In this document: positions 38,410-48,228 of the stretch, one piece after another | Position numbering within the stretch: the first letter of the stretch is position 1 | Layout of the letters: every line of letters starts with the position of its first letter | Assembly: GCA_963767735.1 (NCBI GenBank) | Contig: CAVYES010000007.1 | Location: 224,001-288,000, forward strand | Direction: 5' to 3' | DNA: 64,000 bases | From: Candidatus Bathyarchaeota archaeon | Lineage (GTDB): Archaea; Thermoproteota; Bathyarchaeia; Bathyarchaeales; Bathycorpusculaceae | Program-made: the position numbers and the translations under genes | The notes under the pieces: model-generated | Told to the model about the DNA's origin: nothing | Database searches by the model: none | Seen by the model: the letters and a program-made list of their open reading frames with translations, nothing else

Positions 38410-41007
38410 CTAATTGGTTTTTTGGCTAGCAGTTTTGGTTTTTTTGGGTACGTAGCTCTGTTCAAGGAGGTAAGCGTACCGTTTGATGAACCATTTTTTG
38501 ACAACTTCAACCAAGAACAAGTAGCCAGCTATTAGCCCAACGAGAGCTAAATAGAACGTCACAGGGGGAGGTGTAAATTTGAATACGGCGCCTAGCGGCG
38601 TGTAGGGCAGTGCGAACGCGACTGCTATGACGGACAAGCTGCTTATAACCAAATACCTGCCCGGCTTGCTCTTGTAAAATGGTGTTTTTCTGGTTCTTAA
38701 CACGAAAACCACAAATGTTTGCGTCGCGAGGGACTCGACAAACCAAGCAGTTTGAAAAACAGGAACTGAGGCTCTGAAAACCACCAACATTAAAAAGAAA
38801 GTTAAAAAATCGAAAATAGAGCTTACTGGTCCCATGATCACCATGAACCGTCTTATGTAGGAGATATCCAGTCTTTTCGGTTTTTCAATGTACTCTTCAT
38901 CTACATTGTCCGTTGGTATAGTCGCTTCCGAAAGATCGTAGAGAAGGTTGTTTAGGAGAATCTGAATAGCGGTCATAGGCAAGAAATTCAGGAATAAAGA
39001 TGCCCCAGCCACGCTAAACATAGTGCCGAAGTTTGAACTGACACCCATCATGATGTACTTCATGGTGTTGCCAAAGGTTTTTCTGCCTTCCAAAACCCCT
39101 TGATCAAGCACAGTTAAGTCAGGTCGTAGCAGTATAAGGTCTGCAGATTCTTTCGCAACGTCAACAGCGTTCTCCACCGATATGCCCACATCAGCCGTTT
39201 TCAGGGAGGGAGCATCGTTAATGCCGTCGCCCATATACCCCACTACATGCCCGTTAGACCGCAAAGCTTTGATGACTCTATCTTTTTGAGCGGGGTTCAC
39301 TCGGGCAAAAATATTGTTGTCCTCCACAATGCGGGCTAGGGCATCGTCTTGGAGTTGGGCAATCTCGTTTCCGAGAACGATTCCTTTTATGTTGAAGCCC
39401 AATTGTTCGCAGGTTGTTCTTGTGACTAGCTCGTTGTCGCCAGTGACTATTTTGAGTTCGACGCCGTCTCGGGCCAGCAGACGGATTGATTCCTTCGCGC
39501 TTTCTTTAGGTGGGTCAAGAAAGGACAGGAACCCCAGAAAAACCATGTCGGTTTCGTCGTCAATCGTGTAGTGTGTTTTGTCGTCTTTTACTTTCTTGTA
39601 TGCGACAGCTAAAACCCTGTAGCCTTCTTCACTGAGGGCGGTGTATTTCTGATCAAACTTGGTTTGACAAATATTTGTCAAGTCGGTTATGATTTCGTCG
39701 GTTTCACAGTAAGCGCAAGTCTTGAGGATTTCTTCGGGGGCTCCTTTGGATATTACGAGCCGTTGACCTTCATACTCAACCACTACCGAAACCCGTCGAC
39801 GAATAAAGTCAAAGGGTATCTCGTCAATTTTGTTGATGCCCGTCACGTCGAACTGCTTATATTGAACCACGGCGTCGTCCAGAGGACTTTTCAGTCCCGC
39901 CTCAAGAACACTGTTAAAGTAAGCATACATCAACACTTTCGGAGTTTCTTTTCCCTCTAAATCCTCGCACGCGTTTAGCGTGAGCTTGTTCTCGGTAAGC
40001 GTACCGGTTTTATCAGTGCATAAAACGTCCATATTGCCAAAGTTCTGAATAGAAGCTAACCGTTTTACGATAACGCCCTTTTGAGACATCGCTACGGCAC
40101 CTCTGGAAAGATTAATCGACATTATCATGGGCAAAAGCTCGGGCGTCAAGCCTACCGCAAGAGCAACTGCGAAAAGCAGCGAATCCAAAATGCTTCGAGA
40201 TCCAGCGTAGAAAAACGCGTTAACAAAAAAGACAAAAACCACAAGGAAAAGCGTGACCTCAGTCATTAACGCGCCAAACCGCCTGAGTCCCTTTTCAAAC
40301 TCTGTTTCAGGCGCCTTACTTACAAGTTCTTTGGCGATTCCACCGTATTGGGTTAAGCTCCCTGTCGTGACCACGACTGCGGTTCCGGTTCCGCTGACCA
40401 CCGAGGTTCCTAGGAAAACGTAGTTGTTCCAGCCTGTTAGCTCAGAGGTTGCGGTTGGAAGTGGATTAGCATTCTTTTCAACTGGGAACGCTTCTCCCGT
40501 TAACGCTGACTGGTTAAGGTTTAGGTCTTTCGCGCTGATTAATCTGCAGTCGGCGGGAACAAGGTCTCCAGCTATGAGATACACTATGTCGCCCGGTACG
40601 ACTTCTGAAAGCTTCACATCTTGTTTAATGCCGTCTCTGAGAACGGTTGCTTTTGTAGTGACTCTTTCTTTAAGCGCTTCGGCGGCGTTCTGAGCCTTAG
40701 TTTCCTGATACACGTCGAGAACAATGCTTAGAAGTACAATCGTGAAAATTATGATAGCGTCAGTATAATCCTTCACGAATCCGGAGATCAAAGCAGCAAT
40801 CAAAAGGATAAGCACAAGCGGATTTCTCAGGTGATAGAGAATCTCAACGAATCCCGTGCGTTTCTGCTTCTCAGCAAGCTCGTTAGGTCCGTACGTTGCA
40901 AGGCGGCTTTGAACTTCCTGCGAGGACAGCCCAGACTGGGACGTCTTAAGCTTAGCTAAAACTTCGTCAGCAGGCAGAGACAGAAGCTCTTGGTTATCCG
41001 CCATCAA
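38410..41007 (-). CDS. mgtA: Mg2+-importing P-type ATPase (P3B)
   Basis: LTGE, AVGLTPELLPM, DKTGTLT, PFDFIRRR, KGAPEE, TGDN, GDGINDAP, SSNFG, FQTAWFVES. Confidence 0.93.
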   Translation of the reverse strand: MMADNQELLSLPADEVLAKLKTSQSGLSSQEVQSRLATYGPNELAEKQKRTGFVEILYHLRNPLVLILLIAALISGFVKDYTDAIIIFTIVLLSIVLDVYQETKAQNAAEALKERVTTKATVLRDGIKQDVKLSEVVPGDIVYLIAGDLVPADCRLISAKDLNLNQSALTGEAFPVEKNANPLPTATSELTGWNNYVFLGTSVVSGTGTAVVVTTGSLTQYGGIAKELVSKAPETEFEKGLRRFGALMTEVTLFLVVFVFFVNAFFYAGSRSILDSLLFAVALAVGLTPELLPMIMSINLSRGAVAMSQKGVIVKRLASIQNFGNMDVLCTDKTGTLTENKLTLNACEDLEGKETPKVLMYAYFNSVLEAGLKSPLDDAVVQYKQFDVTGINKIDEIPFDFIRRRVSVVVEYEGQRLVISKGAPEEILKTCAYCETDEIITDLTNICQTKFDQKYTALSEEGYRVLAVAYKKVKDDKTHYTIDDETDMVFLGFLSFLDPPKESAKESIRLLARDGVELKIVTGDNELVTRTTCEQLGFNIKGIVLGNEIAQLQDDALARIVEDNNIFARVNPAQKDRVIKALRSNGHVVGYMGDGINDAPSLKTADVGISVENAVDVAKESADLILLRPDLTVLDQGVLEGRKTFGNTMKYIMMGVSSNFGTMFSVAGASLFLNFLPMTAIQILLNNLLYDLSEATIPTDNVDEEYIEKPKRLDISYIRRFMVIMGPVSSIFDFLTFFLMLVVFRASVPVFQTAWFVESLATQTFVVFVLRTRKTPFYKSKPGRYLVISSLSVIAVAFALPYTPLGAVFKFTPPPVTFYLALVGLIAGYLFLVEVVKKWFIKRYAYLLEQSYVPKKTKTASQKTN

Positions 41008-41294
41008 ATCAACCGCAAAGTAGTTAGGTAAAGAATATTTTTGGTGAACCTTTTAAACATTTAGCGCTGAGTTGGCATCATTGAAGCCACCTCAAAAAAC
41101 GCTCGATTCGTGGGTCTTTTCTCAGTCGTTTATTGCATTATATGCAGGTTAGTCTATTTTGTCCTCTTTCTATACTCTGTGGTTATCTGGTAAGAATTTG
41201 GTAAAGATTTGTGTGGAAATCTGGAAAATCGATTAATAGTTTTTACTCTCAGTTGAAGTTGAAAACTAAACAACAAAGAAGGGAGATATGAAGA

Positions 41295-41531
41295 ATGAAG
41301 CAATCACAGTTGTACGAAATGGATTTGACCAAAACAGGTGGAGACGGAGACTTCCAATGTCCAGGATGTGGAGCCGCAATATCGCCGGATGATTGTACCG
41401 AAGAGGCTTATTCCATATTAGAAGCAAAAGTTAATGATCAAGGTTTGGAGGAACTGGTGATTCGCTGCAACAAGTGTGCAAGTGAACTTCACTTGACTGG
41501 TTTTTCCCTCCTACAAAAGCTGCAGGACTAG
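41295..41531 (+). CDS. Small Zn-ribbon protein
   Basis: CPGC...CNKC pair; GGGAGA RBS. Confidence 0.75.
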   Translation: MKQSQLYEMDLTKTGGDGDFQCPGCGAAISPDDCTEEAYSILEAKVNDQGLEELVIRCNKCASELHLTGFSLLQKLQD

Positions 41532-41658
41532 ACGGTGAGAAACTTAGATGAGAAGGAAGGGACTCATGCTACCTTGCCCCACACATAATATTAACGTAAT
41601 AGTCCCATGGTGATAATGAGGAGTGGTCCCTTGGACTCCTGAGCACAACTGCTCGTTT

Positions 41659-42528
41659 CTACGAGGCCTGCTTAGAGAGGAACTTTGTGATTGCTGCGTT
41701 AGTGGCTCCTGGATTTTCAAAATGTGGAAAGTGTGCGGAGTTTGGAATTTTTGCAATCTGAATTTTTGGGATGTTTTTTGAAACTTCTTTTGCAATCGCA
41801 AACAAGGCTTTTGTGGTGTTCTCTCCGCTGATTAGTAATGTGGGCAGGGAGATTGCGTTGGCTTCTTTTTTTGTGAAGAGTGGAGGCTTCAGCGTCAGTT
41901 CTTTGATTGTTCCTGCGTTATTTAGCATCATTGACTTGATTGGGTCTGGGAGTTGACTTATCGCGTTTGGTTTTCCTTGAACACCGTCGAGAAATGCTTC
42001 AACTGCTTTTTTGTCGTTTCCTTGGTCAAGATATTTTAAGGCTGGATTGAGTGATTTGTTTAAGAAGTTTTGTGCCGCTAATGCGACGGAGGGTTTTATT
42101 AGCAAAAGAAATAATATTTCAAGGCGGTTTTGGGGATCTTTTACTATTAGACTGGGCACGTAGGGTTCTACTAATACTAGACTGCGAACAGTCTCCATAT
42201 GGGTATAAGCATAATAAAGAGCGACGAATGCGCCATATGAGTGTCCTATCAAATGCGTGGGTTTAGCATCCTTCACGCTGATGAATCTGCCGAGGTCCTC
42301 CGCGTTATTTGCGATTGTGCTGCTCGTGCAATCTTTGTTTGGGTTAGGGTAGGCACATCTTCTGCTGTAGCTTAATGTCCTGAAACTCTTTGACAAAACA
42401 TTCATCTGATTCTCCCATGCTCTATAATCAGTGGGAATTCCGTGAATAAGAATCACTGGTGGCCCGGACCCTTTTTCAGCAAAATTTAGCTTGATACCGT
42501 TAGCATCTACTGACTCTAGAAATGACAT
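41659..42528 (-). CDS. Alpha/beta hydrolase
   Basis: ILIHG, nucleophile GHSYG, PTLLISGE, C-terminal AHFPHFENP. Confidence 0.9.
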   Translation of the reverse strand: MSFLESVDANGIKLNFAEKGSGPPVILIHGIPTDYRAWENQMNVLSKSFRTLSYSRRCAYPNPNKDCTSSTIANNAEDLGRFISVKDAKPTHLIGHSYGAFVALYYAYTHMETVRSLVLVEPYVPSLIVKDPQNRLEILFLLLIKPSVALAAQNFLNKSLNPALKYLDQGNDKKAVEAFLDGVQGKPNAISQLPDPIKSMMLNNAGTIKELTLKPPLFTKKEANAISLPTLLISGENTTKALFAIAKEVSKNIPKIQIAKIPNSAHFPHFENPGATNAAITKFLSKQAS

Positions 42529-42859
42529 AAAATCCCTACTTAATCACTGATTGCATAGAGGTTAAAGTTTTTGGTATTTTTGTCCCAAAGGATACTGGCA
42601 GCTATTCTTTGGCTGTTTCGGTTTTTGTTTCCTCGTTTTTGTCTTTGAGTTTTGCGTGTGGGTATTTTTGCGGCAACTTTCGTTGAAGCTTGCTTTTTAA
42701 TTCTCCGAGCCTTAATCAATCTGTCTAAAGCAAACATAAAGACGCTTAAGCGGTCCTTACAGTAATTAAAAATTTTTAAGAGGATATGCAGTTAATCTAA
42801 TTCTCGCCGTTAACCTTAACTTGGGACATGCCATATTTTAGATAGCCAAAGGAGAGGTT

Positions 42860-44236
42860 TTGTTGAAGAAAACAAAGATCATATGCACCACGGGTCCAGC
42901 CAGCTCTTCTAAGCAAACGATTGAAAAAATGTTCCTGGCTGGCATGAACGGGGCAAGGATAAATACTGCTTATGGTAATCTTGCCCAATACCAATCCGTT
43001 ATCGAAACAGTGAGGGAAGTTGCGGATATCCCCATAATAATTGATATCAAAGGACCAGAAATTAGGATCAAGGCATCTCAACGAAAGGTCATTAGCAAAG
43101 GAGAAAATTTTGAAGTGGGCTTCGACGAGGAAGAAGTCTGTTTCAATCACGATTTCTATGACGAAATGGCGATTAATGACGAAGTATACATCGACAATGG
43201 AAAAATTAGAACGCACGTAGTCGAAAAGAAAGATCGAAAACTTCGGCTTCTAACCTTGGACAGCGGCGTCATAGAAGATGGAAAAGGAGTTAACATTCCA
43301 AATAAGCACCTTTCAGTTCCAACTTTCCCAGAGAGAGACTTGGAAATCATAAGCTTTGCAAAAAAACTCGATGTCGAATATGTTGCGCTTTCATTTACGC
43401 GGAATGCTGAAGACGTTAAAAACTTGTCTCAGACCAACGGTTTTGATGGCGGAATAATTGCTAAGATTGAGAACTTTGAGGGTGTTCAAAACGTCGAAGA
43501 GATTTTAGACGCCGCAAGTGGATTAATGGTTGCAAGAGGAGATTTAGGTGTCGAAATCGAACCTGAAAAGGTACCTTTGGTTCAGAAATCGCTCATCAAA
43601 TTATGCAACCAGAGGGGAAAACTTGTGGTCACTGCTACAGAGATGCTTGAATCAATGATTAATCAACCAAGCCCAACCAGAGCGGAAGTCAGCGATGTTG
43701 CAAACGCGATACTTGACGGGTCAGATGCCGTTATGCTTTCTGGGGAAACAGCGGTCGGTCAATATCCTGCGGATGCCGTTGAGATGATGACTCGTATAGC
43801 AAATGAAACCGAGAAAGCTGTTAAGAGCCACGTTGAAGAGACGGCTTACATCAATATTTCTGACACGGTAAGCAGGGCAATTCAGGATATTTGCGAGTGT
43901 ATGCCAATTCACAAAGTCATCACTTTAACGCGGTCAGGCTACACGGCCCGAATGATAGCTCGCTTCAAAATTGCACAGCCAATAATTGCCGTTACCCCTG
44001 AAATCAAAGTCAAAAAACAGCTGGAACTCATATTCGGCGTGTACCCAGTTCTGGTAAACTTCAGCGAAGAAAAAGACCGAATATCAGCAGTTGCAAATCA
44101 ACTTCATGAAATGCAACTTGTGGATGATGAAGAAACCGTCCTGTTTACCGCAGCCATGAGAACCACAATGAAACATGCCAGCAACGCCATAGAAATACAC
44201 AACATAAAAGAATTAAGAAAATTCGCGTCCTCCTGA
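42860..44236 (+). CDS. pyk: Pyruvate kinase
   Basis: KTKIICTTGPAS, DIKGPEIR, IAKIEN, MVARGDLGVE, ATEMLESM, PTRAEVSDVANAILDGSDAVMLSGETA. Confidence 0.96.
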   Translation: MLKKTKIICTTGPASSSKQTIEKMFLAGMNGARINTAYGNLAQYQSVIETVREVADIPIIIDIKGPEIRIKASQRKVISKGENFEVGFDEEEVCFNHDFYDEMAINDEVYIDNGKIRTHVVEKKDRKLRLLTLDSGVIEDGKGVNIPNKHLSVPTFPERDLEIISFAKKLDVEYVALSFTRNAEDVKNLSQTNGFDGGIIAKIENFEGVQNVEEILDAASGLMVARGDLGVEIEPEKVPLVQKSLIKLCNQRGKLVVTATEMLESMINQPSPTRAEVSDVANAILDGSDAVMLSGETAVGQYPADAVEMMTRIANETEKAVKSHVEETAYINISDTVSRAIQDICECMPIHKVITLTRSGYTARMIARFKIAQPIIAVTPEIKVKKQLELIFGVYPVLVNFSEEKDRISAVANQLHEMQLVDDEETVLFTAAMRTTMKHASNAIEIHNIKELRKFASS

Positions 44237-44239
44237 GGA

Positions 44240-44953
44240 ATGGACTTTTTTGGTGAAAATATATTGATCTGCAATCTGTTCGTCTTTAGGCACGCTGAAA
44301 CTACAGACAATAGCAACAGCATATTTTCGGGCTGGCGTGACCCAGATTTAACTCCAAAAGGACTTTTGCAGGCGCAAGATGTCGCTAAACAACTCGAGCA
44401 AGAGAAAATAGATTATGCGTTTACCTCACACCTTTTAAGAGCCAAAAACACTCTTGAAATTGTCCTAAAACCGCACCTTAACGTTCCTGTTTTCATGGAC
44501 GACCGACTAATTGAACGGTGCTATGGCACATTGCAGGGCAAAAGTAAGGTCGAACTCGCAGCCGAAAAACCCGAGTGGTTTGCCAAAATTCACCGCGGCT
44601 ACGATCTTGCGCCTCCTGAAGGTGAAAGCCTCAAGATGGTTGAAAGCCGCACTTTGCCCTTTATTGTGCAGCTAAAAAAGTGGCTTCAACAAAATCCAGG
44701 TAATGTGGCTATCTCTTGTCATGGCAACTCAATGCGCCCTATTCGACGAGCCTTCGAGAACCTGAGCCTTGAGCAGATGCTTAAGCTTGAGAACCCACAG
44801 GACCAAGCGTTGGAATATGCCCTTCAAATACAACACATCAAAGTTGACGAAGCTCAAGAACTCAGGATCGAAAAAGATTGGCAAAGCATTGTGGTCCCCT
44901 CTTCGGTAAAGTTAGCAACGGACCCACGAAACCCTTTGAAGCAGTACTATTAA
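44240..44953 (+). CDS. gpmA: Cofactor-dependent phosphoglycerate mutase (histidine phosphatase family)
   Basis: RHAET..N..FSGW.D..LT, L.RA..T, L.ER.YG.LQG, PPEGESL, HGNSMR; follows pyk directly. Confidence 0.82.
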   Translation: MDFFGENILICNLFVFRHAETTDNSNSIFSGWRDPDLTPKGLLQAQDVAKQLEQEKIDYAFTSHLLRAKNTLEIVLKPHLNVPVFMDDRLIERCYGTLQGKSKVELAAEKPEWFAKIHRGYDLAPPEGESLKMVESRTLPFIVQLKKWLQQNPGNVAISCHGNSMRPIRRAFENLSLEQMLKLENPQDQALEYALQIQHIKVDEAQELRIEKDWQSIVVPSSVKLATDPRNPLKQYY

Positions 44954-45003
44954 GTCTAATCAAGGTTTTCGGGTGTGCTTGATCAGAAAGGTTTTGACTA
45001 TGC

Positions 45004-46776
45004 CTAAAGGTAGGCATCTGTGGCGTACTTTCGCATCATTCGATGGGTATTGAAGTAATAGGCGACTTTACCGATAGAGTTTCTCATCATGCTAATCCAA
45101 TCGTCGCGTTGCTGATAGAATTTTGGAATTATGAGGTATTCCAGTTTATTGTATAGGTCGCCAAGTTCTCTTTTTCTTTTTTCTTCGTCACTTATCTCTT
45201 GATCAGGGGAGGGACCTATCGCCCAACCCGTGAGACCTTCCACGCAGCCCTCTATCCACCATCCGTCTAAAACGCTGAAGTTGATCACGCCATTGTGTGC
45301 CGCCTTCATACCGCTAGTTCCAGAAGCTTCAAAAGGTGGTAGGGGAGTGTTCAGCCAAATATCTGCACCTGACACCAGTTTCCCGGCCATCTCCATTGAG
45401 TAGTTTTCAAGATAAACTATATCAATTTCGTTTTTCAACTGAGCAATGCAATCGTATATTTCTTTGATTAACTGCTTGCCCATCTCATCGTGTGGATGTG
45501 CTTTTCCTGCAAAAACGAGTTGAATTCGCCCTTGCATCTGAATTTCTCGAAGCTTTTCAAGGTCCGAAAAAATCATTGCAGCTCTCTTGTATTCTGTAGC
45601 TCTTCTTGCAAACGCTATTGTGAGAGTGTTGACATCCATTTGGGTCGATGTTTTCACATGGATAAAATCTAGCAAGTCTTGCTTTGCTTTAAGGTGAGCT
45701 TCCCACAATTCTTCGTCTGGAATGGTGTCGACTCTTACTAGGAGTTCAGGTTCATTTGCCCATCGACGAACGTACTTGTCAAATAGCGCTTTGAAGTAGA
45801 GGCAAGTCCAAGTGTATGAGTGAACGCCATTTGTTATTTCTTGTATGTGATATCCCGGAAACAATTTTCTGGAATACTCCATGTGCGCTTCTGTCACCCC
45901 GTTAGTGTATTTGCTCAAGTTTAGAGCCAGAAGTGTCATGTTCAACTTGTCATATCCACCATACTCTTTCAAGATTTCCACAGGCATTTCGGTTTCTAGA
46001 ACTTCCGAAAGCATATCATATGAAAATTTGTCAAAGGCAGCAGCCACCGGAGTATGGGTAGTGAAGACACAGAGGTTTTTTACTTTGTCAGCGTTCAAAT
46101 CGTTATTCTTTAACAGTTCAAGGGTTAGTAGACTGCTGTGACCCTCGTTCATGTGATATTTCTTAACATTAATTTTTAACGCTTCAAGGATGCGTATTCC
46201 GCCTATTCCCAAAACTATTTCCTGCTTTAACCTGTATTTTTCGTCGCCCCCATAAAGAAAATCAGTAATTCCCCTATCCTCCTGGGTATTGCCCTCAACG
46301 TCGGTTGTAAGGAACAGTACGGGAATTGTTCCGCCTGCCAGGCTCTCTTGCGCATAGACCCAAACGCCTATTTTGACGTCTCGCCCAGAAATTTTTACGG
46401 TTGCAGTTTCTGGCAACAGCTTCATGAACATTGAAGGATCCCATTCTTCGGGATACTCAATTTGCCGACCGTCAGGAGTTATTTTCTGCTTAAGATAACC
46501 TTTTTTGCTAACTAAGGTCACGGCAACTAACGGAATTCTCAAATCTGCACTTGACCTAATCACGTCACCAGCCAGAACACCTAGTCCGCCGCTGTAAGTT
46601 GGCACGTCAGAGTTTATGCCGATTTCCATGGAGAAGTAAGCAATTTTGGCGCCGTCGATGAAACTGCTCATGCAGTATTCACTGTCAAAATAATATTGCT
46701 TAGACAAAAAATTCGTGGTAAACTGAGCTTTAGATGGATCTAAAGGCATTCCACAAACAGGATCTCTAACAGACAT
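45004..46776 (-). CDS. glgP: Alpha-glucan (glycogen) phosphorylase with N-terminal YHS/TRASH domain
   Basis: MSVRDPVCGM...YYFDSEYC followed by IAYFSMEIG, YSGGLGVLAGD, HMNEGH, FTTHTP, ITNGVH, ARR..YKR, AGKAHP and the PLP motif EASGTSGMK; likely start ATG 46776. Confidence 0.92.
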   Translation of the reverse strand: MSVRDPVCGMPLDPSKAQFTTNFLSKQYYFDSEYCMSSFIDGAKIAYFSMEIGINSDVPTYSGGLGVLAGDVIRSSADLRIPLVAVTLVSKKGYLKQKITPDGRQIEYPEEWDPSMFMKLLPETATVKISGRDVKIGVWVYAQESLAGGTIPVLFLTTDVEGNTQEDRGITDFLYGGDEKYRLKQEIVLGIGGIRILEALKINVKKYHMNEGHSSLLTLELLKNNDLNADKVKNLCVFTTHTPVAAAFDKFSYDMLSEVLETEMPVEILKEYGGYDKLNMTLLALNLSKYTNGVTEAHMEYSRKLFPGYHIQEITNGVHSYTWTCLYFKALFDKYVRRWANEPELLVRVDTIPDEELWEAHLKAKQDLLDFIHVKTSTQMDVNTLTIAFARRATEYKRAAMIFSDLEKLREIQMQGRIQLVFAGKAHPHDEMGKQLIKEIYDCIAQLKNEIDIVYLENYSMEMAGKLVSGADIWLNTPLPPFEASGTSGMKAAHNGVINFSVLDGWWIEGCVEGLTGWAIGPSPDQEISDEEKRKRELGDLYNKLEYLIIPKFYQQRDDWISMMRNSIGKVAYYFNTHRMMRKYATDAYL

Positions 46777-46972
46777 AAAACCGAACTCCCGTAATGAGGA
46801 AGTGCCGTTTTCACACATAATTAGTTTCCGCTCAAACAATAACACGACTCATCGACCCCAAGAGAAGTGACCTCTTTGGTCGTCATCATTTTAGAGGTAA
46901 AATCTTTAGCTTTTAACGACCCAGCAAATTATCAGACTTGTAGTGTTATTGAATCGGAAATTTAAGTGCTAA

Positions 46973-48169
46973 CTATTCGACGCTGCAGACCTGGGCTGGT
47001 GAAGCAAGCTTCTTTAAGTCATCGGCGCCGTCAGCGTATCCTGAAGCAACCAATACGTCACCTGCTTGGATTTTTGAGTCTGCTCGAGGACGCAAACATC
47101 CCTCGCCTCTTTTAATCACTAAAACCCACATGCCGGTTTCTTCATGCACGCGAGCTTCTTTAAGAGTCTTGTTTACAAGCGGAGAATCCGCAGTAACACA
47201 AGCTTGGGCAACTGTTTCCTCTGCTTCTTTAATTGTTAGCTTCAAAATTGGGTGCGGTTCAATACCTCTTAGAACAACCTCAGCTATATCCGCAGCTGCA
47301 TCAGCGATTTTTTCTGTTGCTACACCTAACCGAATTAAACCTAGAAACCCGGAGGCTTCTTCTTTTTTGAAATCGCTGGTTAAAGCAAGCAATTCGAAAT
47401 CGGTGTGCATTTGGTCCATGCGTTCTTCAAGGTGCTCGACTTCTTCGGCTAGTTCCTTACTGTTTAACAGAAGCGAAGAATAAGCCAAATCCAACATTAA
47501 CTCGGATGTGTCCTTGAGCTCTACGAACCTTGAAACAATTTCCTCGAATTTTGCGCGTTCTTCAACGCCTAATTTTGCAAGTTCGCCTTCAGCTAAATCT
47601 TTAAATTTTTCAATGCCTAACGATGTACCACGAGTAATTAGGATGTCGCCTTGCAAAACTCTTTCTGTGCCCTCTGGGTCGAGTATCCAATCTTTATTTC
47701 GTCGGATAGCAATAATATCAACGCCCATTTTCGCAGCCAAATCCAATTCATCTATACTTTTGTTGAGAATCGTTGAATTGGCTTTTACGGTCACTTTCAT
47801 TAAGCGTTCTTCTACTTTTTCAAAGATTTCGCCAACTATAGGGTGAATGCCAATGTTACGGGTAACTATCGCTGCTATGTCGGCAGCAGCATCTGAAATT
47901 TTATCGGTGGAAGAAGCTACTTTGGAGATACCAACCAATGCCTCTGCATCTTTAGGATCTCTTGAAACAACCATTAATTCCATATTTAAAAGGTACGCCA
48001 ACGTATCTACTCGGCTTTCAAGCGCAAGAACGTCTTCAGCAAGGTCTTTGTCATTATACAAAGCTGCAGAATAGGCTAAGTCAATCATTAGTTCAGATAG
48101 ATTTTTCATTTCGAGTAAAAGCTCTCTGACGGGGATAGGTTTGTATTCTATCCTTTCAAACTTAGGCAT
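46973..48169 (-). CDS. Tandem PhoU-like + TrkA-C (RCK_C) protein
   Basis: Two repeats of MKNLSELMIDLAYSA / LKDTSELMLDLAYSS, each followed by TrkA-C (GVDIIAIRR..GDILI; GMWVLVIKR..GDVLV). Confidence 0.85.
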   Translation of the reverse strand: MPKFERIEYKPIPVRELLLEMKNLSELMIDLAYSAALYNDKDLAEDVLALESRVDTLAYLLNMELMVVSRDPKDAEALVGISKVASSTDKISDAAADIAAIVTRNIGIHPIVGEIFEKVEERLMKVTVKANSTILNKSIDELDLAAKMGVDIIAIRRNKDWILDPEGTERVLQGDILITRGTSLGIEKFKDLAEGELAKLGVEERAKFEEIVSRFVELKDTSELMLDLAYSSLLLNSKELAEEVEHLEERMDQMHTDFELLALTSDFKKEEASGFLGLIRLGVATEKIADAAADIAEVVLRGIEPHPILKLTIKEAEETVAQACVTADSPLVNKTLKEARVHEETGMWVLVIKRGEGCLRPRADSKIQAGDVLVASGYADGADDLKKLASPAQVCSVE

Positions 48170-48228
48170 ATACTATAGGTCGCTCCATAATAAAATATGG
48201 CTGTGAATTATTTAAAAATACTCTCAAG

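Noticed and set aside
41545-41645. C/D-box sRNA candidate (TGATAA/ATGAGG...CTGA with a GGAGT/ACTCC hairpin)
   Set aside because: Box spacing does not fit the C-D'-C'-D layout; more likely a convergent terminator region.
42540-42737. Basic 65-aa ORF upstream of the hydrolase
   Set aside because: Low-complexity sequence with competing frames and no clear RBS; cannot be supported.
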